A stretch of 45,546 bases of DNA. Source: Spirogloea muscicola. Its lineage: Eukaryota. Below are positions 23,496 to 33,818 of this stretch, piece after piece (positions within the stretch are counted from its first letter, which is position 1; every line of letters starts with the position of its first letter). The notes below the pieces were generated by a model. That model was not told the origin of the DNA, made no database searches, and saw only the letters and a program-made list of their open reading frames with translations. The stretch covers positions 170,252 to 215,797 of the forward strand of contig WELB01000012.1 of the NCBI GenBank assembly GCA_009602725.1. Direction: 5' to 3'. The translations under genes and the position numbers were made by a program.

Positions 23496-26269
23496 CGTTG
23501 AAAAAGGTGGGTGCTTGTTGTCCACTAGAAGGAATGTGATGGAAGCTGCCACAGTGGTCTGAGCGAGGAAAGGGGTGGGAGCAGCCCCAGAGGTGCTTCA
23601 GACAGCGCCCTTTCCAACCTGGCTGAGGCCGCAGCTGTGAATGTGGACAAAGGAAAAGGAGCGCAGACTTCTCTGCCGGCAGCAACCAGTTTCAATAATT
23701 TTGCACTTTTCATTGGACTGCCTCCTGACCTGCCAATTCCGTGAGTCACGTCACTTCGCTCATGATCTACATATATTCCTTGACCTCTCTTTGGTCATTA
23801 CTGGGATGTTTGACTGTCTAGCTCGGGCTAACAAGGGAAGGTGGTCTGTCATTTAATTTAAGCGTATGGCATAATAGTGGGCAGTGATACGGTCTTCGCT
23901 GAGGTGATGAGTCCAGGGGCAAGGTTAGTCACTGCATTAGTGCTTCACTGAGACTCACCACGTCTTCCTCGTCAGAAGGCCTTGGATGTAGAGTACAGAC
24001 TGATGGATGCTCTTGTGCATGATGAAGCAGCCTGCAGACTTCACCAATAGTGAGTACTTCGATCGTAGCTGAAGAGGGCAGCTCTGAGGATGACTGCAGC
24101 TGCAATTTCTTCCTTCTTCCTGATTCTGAGGACCAGCCAGAAGCGCAGTGGTGGGACGGCCTCTCTCTAAGTGCCATCCCCTGAGAGACCAGATACCTTC
24201 GAGGAGGAGACTTCTGTAAATACTGTCGCCATTTACTCCCTTTGATGTTCACTCTCCCCTTCCCATCAGCCCAGCATCCTTGTTGGCATAGCAGATGGTT
24301 ACACTTGGGAAGTAAATGTGTGGGAAGGGCATGTTCCACTGCCCAGAAGATTTGGAGAGGCACCAGGGCAAGGTGATCAGCCTTCAAAGACCACATGTTC
24401 ACTCGACCCCAGCACTCGACCCAGCGCTCTTGCTGTCATCTATCTCAAGCACCTCTTGTGCTTGCTTACAATATGTCAAGGACTAGAGGTCGGTGGAGTT
24501 GCCCGTTGTGCTATTAAGTTAGCCACTGGCCTCTACTAGTGTCAATGCTATGTCAAATCTCATGGCATTTTCGTCTCCCATATATTTTACTTGGCAGGAG
24601 AGTAGTGATGGTTGTTGCATTATGTGACTGCCAGAGCTGCTGTCAGCCAATGATTTACTAGCAGATACTATGGGTATGCTGTTAGCGTCCCATACCAATG
24701 CGCTACATCATAGGTCAGAATAGTCGTCGTCAATTTTGAGCCGGCTTTGTCCTGCTAAGTAGGCAAGGCTACTGCCTGGCTGTGTACTTCAGTTCCTATC
24801 CTTTTTCTACAGCCGTTTTGCGATTTTAATGGTGAAAGTGTGTTCTGCCTGCCATGAGGTTCCCTAGTGAGAAGCGTGCTGTGGAGTCGTCACAGGTTTT
24901 TGCACTTTCTCGGCTGCCAAATTGACTATCTGGCGCGCCTTCTCTCTTTGGCAACAGTGCACGCTGTCCGTGTATTGCCCTTTCACACAAGGTTTAAATA
25001 CTACTACTCTAGTCTTGTCAATCAGCATACGGACTTCTGACCAGACATGGCTGCACACTTTCGGAGTCTCTATGCCAAGCACGGCTGACTATCAACGACG
25101 ACATCTAGTGAGAGAATCAATCTGTGACTGATCATCATGAGCCACAGAATTCCTGGGCACGACACCCACAGCTGGGCTGCCATGGCCTGCTAGTGACAGG
25201 TCTCTGGTCCACTCCATGCCTGTTGCTCCTAAACTATTCGGCAAACGCTTGGCTATAGCAACTCCTTCACCAGCTTGCTTGAGCTGACAGAAGAACGATG
25301 CTATCTTTGATGTGAAGTTGTAAAATGCACACGTCTGTCTAGCAGCCCCTGAGACCTTCAGTAAATAGAAAGCCTTACGAGAGGGCCCTTATGATGGACA
25401 GGACACCGCTTTCACACTCCCATGATACTAAAATAAGGAGGTGAATCTCATACCTCGTCCAACCTCCTGCTTAGCTATCAAAGTACAAGGAACTCAAATG
25501 CACAGAGTGTCAAGAGTAGATTCTTGGAAGACTGAGTGACCATCAGGCAGTGCGCCAAAGAGCAAAGGTTGAAATTGGAGTGAGGTACACGTGGATTTAC
25601 GTGTGTTGCAACCAACTGACTCCTGGAATGTACTCTGCGGTCCATTCTGTACAAGTTGGACGTAGACTTAGCTTTTCTGGACTTTGTCATTGGCAGGAAA
25701 GTAAAACCGGGGACAAACCATCGCCAATAACACCAATGGCGAAGGACAGGTCTTCAGGAAAGTGAAACTAGCCAGAAAGCGAGCGCATGGCAGGGCCAGT
25801 TTGCTACAGATTTTACAACAGCCAGCGCAATTTGACCGCAACAACTGAGCTTGCCGGTCTGGATCGGAAAGGCAAGCGCGTCTGCGTGGGCCGGCGCGGC
25901 GTCAGAAAAGCGCGCCCATAGAAAAGAGGGGCTGGCCAAGCCAGCCCAAAAAAGAATGGACAATGTCCAAAGCCAAAGCAAGAGGAGCCGGAGAAAGGAC
26001 TACACTACAACATACTGCAGAACACAGAAACGATGCAGAGGAAAGCTCAGTACCCACGAGTGAGCAACATCAGGTCTGAGTAGCTCGCTGCAGGGCGTCC
26101 ACCTCGTTCAGGGTCTGCAGGCGCGTCGTCCGCTGGGTGGGACCTCAGTGCCTCAGATGGCCACGAGCCGCTGTGAAAGCCAGCCGGGCGCCCTCGGCGA
26201 CGGCCGCGCGGACACGGTCTCAATCTCTCAGCAGACGCATTCATTCATCCCTCACGATGATAGGAATTC

Positions 26270-26870
26270 GTCGTGTAGCCCCGACTTGTGCACTCGCTTG
26301 TGCCTGAACGGTGCCTTGGCTACATCCAGCCTTTCTTTCAATTCATGCGCACGGCGCGCCCTCCCCAGCTGGAATGTGAACCCCGAAGGTCACATCTCAC
26401 ATCTCACATCTCACATCTCATTTGGCACTCAATTGGCACTCAAGAGTCTTTTGCCCTTAATCACTCTACCGTTGAGTGATCATCGAACGAAGTACTCCAA
26501 CGCCCCAAACGGTGAGCCACAACCAGCCCGGAGCCGATTAGTCTTCTGAGAACCGTGCCTGCCTTAGCTTGCTCCATGCAGTTCCTTTCGGAATGGAATT
26601 TATCAGCTGAGTGCGCAACTAGCCAGGCCACTGCCTTTTCTGGTGGTGGCTGCAGCTCCCCAAGTTAGCCTGTAAATGCTCATTTGTTGCTACTGATATC
26701 CCCCTTCAGCCGGCAATTATACCTTAGCCCCCTTAACATGGGGCTTTACTTCGTGTAGCCCAATTCCCTGCACTAGCTTTACCTGAACAGTGTGTTGGCT
26801 TGACTTGACGGCCTTCTCATTGCACGCAAATGGGCTGGCCTCTCACAGCCATCACCCCCTTCAGAAGAGC
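26270..26870 (-). repeat. family A copies (26270-26367 partial; ~26575-26829 long) abutting family B (26830-26870)
   Basis: Reverse complement reads CAAGTCAAGCCAACACACTGTTCAGGTAAAGCTAGTGCA..GGGCTACACGAAG..GGCTAAGGTA..ACAGGCTAACTTGGGGAGCTG..GTGGCCTGGCT. Confidence 0.8.
26391..26420. repeat. (CACATCT)4 minisatellite
   Basis: Seen directly. Confidence 0.9.
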
Positions 26871-26899
26871 TTCTAATTATTAGAGCTGCTCTGAGACGA

Positions 26900-27824
26900 C
26901 AATCTGCTTAGGCGGCAACCGGCTAGAATTTGCCTGTATGCACTTCCTTGGAAACGTGCTCGTCAGTACAAACAATACCTTCCTGCCATCCTGAGTACCA
27001 CTGCACATCGTGCACGCAAATCTTCCACGAGCACCTGCACCCCAGCTTCGAGGGGTCTATTCTTACTGACCTCTGGCGCTACCATGCTTCAAGAGAAAGC
27101 TTGTCAGCCTGTCTTCACCGACTAGATTGTCCCCCACAAGCAATGCTCTCAACTCATCGCAATCTAAATCGCACTCATCCTGAACGATGCAACTCTACTG
27201 CCTTACTGCTCACTGGACGCATCGCTTTGCACATTCTCATACCGCTCAGAGCCACAAAAAGCCCCATAGACCACATGTCTTGCACATTCTTAACCATGTT
27301 ACTGGTGGCAAGCTAGATGACTGACAAGACATAGCAGAACAAATACGCTCTGGCCTAGAGGTTGTTGAGATGTGATGAATGGTTGCTGTGGTACTCCGCA
27401 CATCAATGGAGACTGAAAGGAGCTCAGCCACCATTGACACGACTCCACAGAACGCTAGGAGCACGCAACTCGTAGTGACCTTCACGCAACACCTCAATAA
27501 TCGGCATTGTTCAAGTGCTGGCTGCTTGAGAGTGGTGGGCTGCATGTCAACCCCTCGAGCATCCAAACAATGACATTGAAGGATCAACAAATGAGTGTAG
27601 GGGAGCAGAGCATGCCAACGGCCTCAACCATGAGGCGGCTTGACACCCTCCTTTTCTGCAAAATCAACAATGACTGCACCACACAAGGCAGGGTGTTACA
27701 AAACGTTTGACGACATTTGCTTGGGTGCAGAAGGACTGCCTGTAATCGCTGATACTGTACTCAAACAAGCACGACAGGCTCCAGGCGTTCTGTCCCATTT
27801 TCAGACAGTGCAAGGCGCAACCTC
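26900..27824 (+). mobile_element. possible decayed non-LTR retrotransposon RT fragment
   Basis: Weak motifs LIPLRATKSPI, LLESGGLHVNPSS (GL.VN..K), LGAEGLPV, LSHFQTVQGA; frame-broken. Confidence 0.35.
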
Positions 27825-28048
27825 TTGACCAAGCACTGAAGTTGATAATCTTTGTTGGTAGCTGTAGTGCCGAAGATAAAGCATGCTAGGGCGACGGAAT
27901 ACTGGTGGCGACCAAGGCTCCACTACAATGTCGGAGTGCAGGGCCCCGAGTAGCTCAAAGACACAGCCACCAGTGCCTAGTGCCCTAGCATGTCATCGAT
28001 GCACACTGTAGCTACCAACAAAGGTTATCAACTTCAGTGCTTGGACAA
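27825..28048. mobile_element. ~224-bp foldback / MITE-like element
   Basis: The left arm TTGACCAAGCACTGAAGTTGATAATCTTTGTTGGTAGCTGTAGTG pairs with the right arm CACTGTAGCTACCAACAAAGGTTATCAACTTCAGTGCTTGGACAA. Pairing continues inward (CATGCTAGGGC, ACTGGTGGC). Confidence 0.75.
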
Positions 28049-28212
28049 ATGTTGCATCTTGAACGGGTATGCGACGCGCAGATCGAACAATGCAGCAGGC
28101 ACAGGGTGTGAGAAGAAGATCAGTAGCGGCACAGTAAGCTGACATCGGTGACAAACGGGCTGAATGGGCGCAGTGCAGCCAACAGCTCATTTGAAGCGAG
28201 AAAGGAGCTCAC

Positions 28213-28384
28213 CAGGCTTCTGGGCCTGGCCGTCGGACCACTTGGAGAGCTTGTAGTGCACGGCTTCGCGTGTGGCCACCTGCGTCTTGTAGGGCTCCTT
28301 GAGGCACGCGCGCAAGTGAGCCGCGCAGGCGTTGGCATAGGACAGGTAGGTCATCCCGGCAGCGCGCCAGTAGCCGCCCGACAT
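28213..28384 (-). CDS. ATP15: mitochondrial ATP synthase F1 epsilon subunit, main exon (last exon unresolved)
   Basis: [57 protein letters not shown], followed by a G|GTGAG donor; matches the plant epsilon [18 protein letters not shown] motif. Confidence 0.93.
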
Positions 28385-28681
28385 GGTAGACGCCCCGCCG
28401 GGAAGCGAGCCGGGCTCGTCTTGGCCGCCGAGGCGCGCAGACGCGCCCGACGGCAGAGGCGCCTCTGCGGATGCGGCGGCGGCGGTGGTTGCCGCGGCGG
28501 CGGCGGCGGCGGCGGCGTGGGACTGCCCCAGGTGCCTTCGGGTGGGGAAGCGAAAGCAGCCTAAGCTGAACCGAGGCAGAGTGGGGACGTCCTGGCGAGG
28601 TAGCTGTTTTTCAATTGGACTTTCTTTTTTCGTTGTGTTCAATTGGATGAAAGAGAGTACTCCCAAAGAAAGGCTCGAACT

Positions 28682-28918
28682 TGCCTCCCTCTCAATTTCA
28701 TGCGCTTTTCTCCCAAAAAGAGAGAGGGCGCGCGGTGCGCATGAAATGAAAGGGTGGCCAATTCAAGCCAATACAATCTTTCAGGCAAAACCTAGTGAAA
28801 GAGATGGGGCTATAGATTGAAGCCCTATGCTGAGTGGCTACTTTGACAGTGGGATATTAGTACGGGTGAGCACATACACATGGATAAGCCAAGTAAGGGA
28901 GCCGGAGCGCCTGACTTA
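28682..28918 (+). repeat. family A copy (28719-28918) with an inverted partial head (28682-28711)
   Basis: GAGAGAGGGCGCGCGGTGCGCATGAAATGAAAGGGTGGCCAATTCAAGCCAATACAATCTTTCAGGCAAAACCTAGTG...GGGAGCCGGAGCGCCTGACTTA. Confidence 0.82.
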
Positions 28919-29825
28919 CAGAAAAGGGGCAGATTGTGTATTTGGCTGTGCAGACACAGTCATTGCTTGGCTTGGCTCCTCATTGTCGTCGACACCAAAG
29001 CCGGCCTTCAGTCCGTTACAACCGACAAGATCCGCACTTATGTTGTGTCACTCGTCAGGCTGGCGCTTGTGAATTTAATGTTTGCCATGCTTCTCTGGCA
29101 TAGCTCTCATGGCTCTCTTGGGTGAGAGCAACCTGAGCCATGTAGTCATGGCACCTCATAGCAGAGAATAGAAATGCTGTCACAATTGACACACTTTGCC
29201 TTTATTTAGTAGCCCCCCTTCTGTGCAAGGGGTGCAATTCTTTCTACTGTCTCATGAAGGAGCTCACGTTCATGAGCTCCACAAAATGAATTGGTGTTTA
29301 TCTATTACAAGCGGACGACCTCATTGGCCAAATCATTGGCTAAAGGATAGGGTGACTTCCTCGGTTTCCGGGAAACGTTTAGGATCTAAGGTCTCCATTT
29401 GTGGAGATAGAACTTTGGGCCTGCACGTCGATAGAGTATGCAAGAAATCGTTTTGCCAAGAGCAGGGGCAGAATGCGGGCCATGGGTTCTGATTGAGGTT
29501 CTGGTCCTGCACCAGGCTCCAGTTCTATTTCCTCCCACCACCACCCCTTCCGATGCTTCCCAACTCCTCTTTCCTCTACAATTCCGCTCTCTCATCTATT
29601 ACTATTCACCCTTCCATGCTACTTTAAATCTCTCTGGTTATCTATCATGCATAAACACGAAGGGATCCTGCCACCTTGAGCTCGACATGAGCCTAGTGAG
29701 CTTGTGCAGTACAGAAGTGCTTGAACATCCAAGGCGGACTGCTCCGCAAGGTACAAGCACAAAGAATGGAAAAGAATAGGGCTTGCTTCACGTGAAGGCA
29801 AGACCGACTGACATATATAATATGT

Positions 29826-31835
29826 CTAGCGAGCTGGGCACGATTGGAGCAAGCGTCTCACATCCACACCGGGCCCATAAACCACTAAGCAACGCCGTTC
29901 AAATGAGCCAACAAGCCGCGAGACAACCTCATCAAAGAATAAGTCGGCTGCCTGCATCATGCACAAGATTTTCAATGTGTGAGGTCATGGTCAGGTTACA
30001 CCAGCAATATGATGTGAAAGACCTAGACCAAGGGTGTAGATTATCAATATCCCACCAAAAGCAACGGCAGGGCATCATTGTAAAGTAATGTTGCAGTTTG
30101 GGCCTGCTTAAAAGCTCACCCTGCGATACAGAGCAGATCTAAATCGGAAGTCCACTGCAAAGTGGAGATTTGTGGTCCCCGGGGCCGGGCCCGGCCGAAA
30201 CTCCCACATGTTGTCCAGATGATCAAACAGTGTGCTTTGTGACACAGTTGTCTGCAGCAGTATCAAGTGCAAAATAATCAGTTCCTGAAGTTGAAAGGAC
30301 TGCCAGACAAATTCCATTTGCCATGGTCTTGTGAATACGATCACTTCTAGCCACTTAGCTAAAATGGACACAACTGATCAAGGAAATGGTCATCACAACC
30401 CACTTTGCAGACTGGAGGTGGTAGACTATCAATGCGTACTTGTAAGAGCATATGCATGGGACAAAGTGGTACACAAGTGCTCACCTTGACAAGGCTGGGC
30501 CTCGTTGTACGCACATGTGAAATGTATCTCTCCCTGAAAAGCTTGAAGCCTATCTCCAGCTCAGCATCCATCTCATCACCCTTCTTCCAGATCACATTTG
30601 ACCGTTGACACCATGGAACGAAGTCCTCATACAAATCTACTGCTGATACAACGTCAAATAGTTGAGTTGGAGAGTATCTGCAGATCCAGCACAATGAGCA
30701 TGTATCAACAGCAACACGGGAGCTCTGCCCATGACTCGGTATTCTCAAGCTGGCAATTGGCAGCAATTCAAACTCAACTGGCAGGCACGTGTGCAGTTAC
30801 CAGATAAAAGCTCCATATGAGAATCAAAGTGTGCCTTGCAAATCACTCAACTGCATACTTGTAGGTGGCTGCTTGACTCAAGAATGACGTGGCCGCGCTG
30901 CTAACTTTACGGGCAGAAATATGCAAAGTGCAGTCTGTTCACGGACTGCTTATCTTGGACCTATACGTAATTTCTGCTGTGTTCTGCTCGTGCAAACTCG
31001 CCACAACCAAGAGTCGACAAGGAAAAGAGGCCAGGTAGAAGTCCTGGAAGATCACCCTAGAATGCGCTCCTCCTCATAATGCCTTGCATCGCCAGCATCC
31101 TCGTCCCCATCACCCCAGCTCAATATGTGTCTCCTTTGCTGATGATGCAGGAGCTCCCCAAGCGGGCCCCTCCAAAGCTCACGCCGAATGGTGGTTGCAG
31201 CTGTCAGCGGCCGATCTGGCAAGCTGGCTAGGTATCTGGCAGCCCATAGTCTCCTCTGCAACACAGGAAAGCAGGGTGCATGAATACAGTAGTCCACGTT
31301 GGGGCAGAAGGTAAGTCATGTATAATACTGAAGATGGTCCAGACCCAACTAGAACATGGTAGACAATCTATTGCGTGGATGGTAGACCAGTAGACTAGTA
31401 GACCATCACTTCAATGGACCACCATCAGTAGACCAGCAGATGGTGGTCAAGGTCTCCAAGCCGTCCAAGACAGGACCAAGCTCAGCAGCTTGCTCTGTAA
31501 GCAGAAAACTCCCACGACCAAACCAGCAGTACGAATGTTTGCATGACGAATCCGAGTTTGTCACTGCCAATTACTGATGCAACCGCGAACGCGAAAGTAT
31601 ATGGTCTGATGTCGCAGGCGACGTGGCTTGCGCCTGATGACGCGTGTTTGGTGTACATAGCCTGGTTGGAGGGACTCAGGCACAGAGCGAGTGAAGGGCG
31701 CGGATGGCCTCAAGAGACCTCGAGGAGGAGGCGCTGGCAGTCTCGCCCGGCCGCCGGCCGTGAGCCGCGTCCGGCGGCCCGTCGCAGCAGCGGCAACAAG
31801 GCGGCGGCCGCGGCAGAGGCGCGGCGGCCCGCCAT
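29826..31835 (-). CDS. COQ10: coenzyme Q-binding protein COQ10 homolog (START/polyketide cyclase fold), mitochondrial
   Basis: Exons 31835-31719, 31255-31056, 30677-30485, 30251-30120, 29951-29826. YEEERILGYSPTQLFDVVSAVDLYEDFVPWCQRS..DAELEIGFK..ERYISHV..LFDHLDNMWEF.PGP..DFRFRS.LY..FFDEVVSRLVGSFERRC..YGP; Arg/Ala-rich presequence. An alternative upstream ATG lies at ~31943. Confidence 0.93.
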
Positions 31836-32189
31836 GCTTCGACGGGGGCGGCGGCGGCAGCGGCGGCAGCGGCGGCCGGAGAGGGTAGTGAGTGTCGCCG
31901 CGAGCGAGCTGGCCGGCGCAGCGATCGATCGATCGCCGCTCATGGTTCTATCGCGGGCCGCCGGCCTCGACACCCAACATCTCGCCAGTCTTCGGGCCTA
32001 CGGCAGCCACGGCCGTAGCGACCCCGTCTAGAAAGAAAGTGGCACTCCCAATGGGAGCAAGGGCTGTGAAAAGAAGTGGCTCTCCCAATGGGTGCAAGGG
32101 CTGTGAGAAGCAAGCCCGAAAAGAATTGACAAGGTTCGAAGGGGCCAAACTACGAGCTGTGAAAAGCAGCCCAAAAACAGTGTACAAGG

Positions 32190-32645
32190 TAAGTGGATCC
32201 AGTGCAGCCAAAGGGGCGACGGCTTCCACACACGGCGAGTCGACCTGCTGGCCACTCCACTGGTTGGTGGACCGCGCCACACTGCGGACAAAACAGACGC
32301 ATTCGACCGCCAAACCCCACCCTATCTGCCTCAAAGGCAGGGCATGCAGCGGCCCGTGCCGCTCGTGGCAACGAGGCCAAGTATGCTGACATTCCACGGG
32401 AGGACAAGTTCATCCCCCATGGACGTCCACGGGGCGTTTGCCGCTCGTTGGCTCGAGCTCCTGCACCGGCTAGCGCAGCGCTGTGTCCCGACGTCATCAA
32501 GTGAAGCATGCCGAATATAAAGCGGCAGGCTCTCTTGCCCAGGTGTATCGCATGCGCCTGTCACTACGGCTGCAGCGGTCAATGGCACACGAGTTGCACC
32601 TGCGTGCTGGTCGAGGCCTGGCTGCAGCCTCTAGTTATAGACAGG
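32190..32645 (+). mobile_element. 3' end of a CRE/RLE-type non-LTR retrotransposon (restriction-like endonuclease), frameshifted
   Basis: Across frames: RRVDLLATPLVGGPRHTADKT (R.PD..D.T), AGHAAARAARGNEAKYADIPREDKFIP, MDVHGAF..LELLHRLA, YRMRLSLRLQRSMAHEL (R.RLS..LQR..A). Confidence 0.72.
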
Positions 32646-32649
32646 AATG

Positions 32650-32910
32650 GAGAAAGCGCGAGGAGCGCATGAAATGAAAGGGAGGCCAAGTCAAGCCAAT
32701 ACAATGTTCAGGAAGAGCCTAGTGCAATCTAAACAAGGCTACATAATACGGAGACTATACTGAGGTGCCTAAGGTAACATTAGTACCCACGGGTGAGCAC
32801 AAATAAATCCTACAAGCTAACTTGGGGAGCTGGAGCGCCGCCATGAAAGCCGGAGGCCTGACTTAGAGCGCGCCCTGCACGTTGATGAAGAGCCAATGCT
32901 TGCAAGCGCT
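32650..32910 (+). repeat. dispersed repeat family A, long copy
   Basis: GAGCGCATGAAATGAAAGGGAGGCCAAGTCAAGCCAATACAATGTTCAGG..CTAGTGCA..AGTACCCACGGGTGAGCACA..GCTAACTTGGGGAGCTGGAGCGCCGCCATG..GGCCTGACTTAGAGCGCGCCC. Confidence 0.85.
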
Positions 32911-33289
32911 GAATGGAGTGTGCATTGAGTGATGGAGGGGTTAAGTGGCCCAGTATAAAGGCATGCACATTGGCAGATGTACATCACCTGCTAAGCTGAC
33001 CCTCTCAGTGACCACGAGTCAGCACATAGAAGTCGCTAATTGATGCCCAAATACCGGATGGCAACAGACAAGCCCGTGTGCCACCAGCTAAGGCTCGACC
33101 AGTTTTTTGGTGCAAAGCATGAGCCTGAGCTCGCTGCAAACAGGCTGACACACGACGTTGCAAAAACAACAAGTAGGCTGCCAGCATGTTCATCTGGGCT
33201 GGAAGCGTATCCTCACGTCGTGCATATCCTAGACTTGCGATGTTCTCAAGTGAGGTATGTAAACGAGGACCCAACGAGGACAGGGACAG

Positions 33290-33381
33290 GGAGAAGGGCT
33301 CGCCCATTACGGATAGGAGCTGGGAAAGCCAGCCCAAAAAGGAATGAACAAAGTACGAGAAGGGGCCAGGGGAAGCACTGA
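33290..33381 (-). repeat. family B copy, closely matching 38969-39058 in inverted orientation
   Basis: GGGCTCGCCCATT..GGATAGG.GCTGG.AA.GCCAGC...AAAG.AATGAACAAAG.ACGAGAAGGGGCCAGGGGAAG.ACTGA shared over ~90 bp. Confidence 0.85.
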
Positions 33382-33818
33382 GGAAAACAAGCACAAGAAG
33401 AAACTAAGCAGCTACGAAGCACTCTGTAACCCCTGCTAAGCAGCCTCTGGTCAGAGAAACTTGGCTCCTGGAAGCCGGTTGGGCTGGACAGGGGGTCTGC
33501 TACCCGGAGATCAGTTTCTCTGACCTGCGGCTGCTCACCAGGCAATGGGAGAGTGGGGGGACGTTGAACCAAGGGACGTTGAATACCCAGTGGCCAGTGG
33601 AGTCGCAGTGTGCTTCAGCACTTGTTTTGGCCCCTTGGAACTCTGTTCTTTTCCTGGGCTGGCCACACATCACAGCCATCGCCCTGTACTGGGAGACTCT
33701 TCCCCTCGAGTGGAGCGCTCGAGGCGGGGTTCGGGGTTTTAGGCTCCGTCAATCCCAGCAGCCGTATTCTGCCTGTAGACGCTCGCTGGTCCGCTGGCGG
33801 CGAGCGGCGGCGGCGGGC

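Noticed and set aside
29130..29780. AT-richer segment as an LTR gag relic
   Set aside because: No convincing motif by eye.
28213..31835. Functional mitochondrial gene cluster (ATP epsilon plus COQ10)
   Set aside because: Two adjacent genes are not enough evidence without synteny data.
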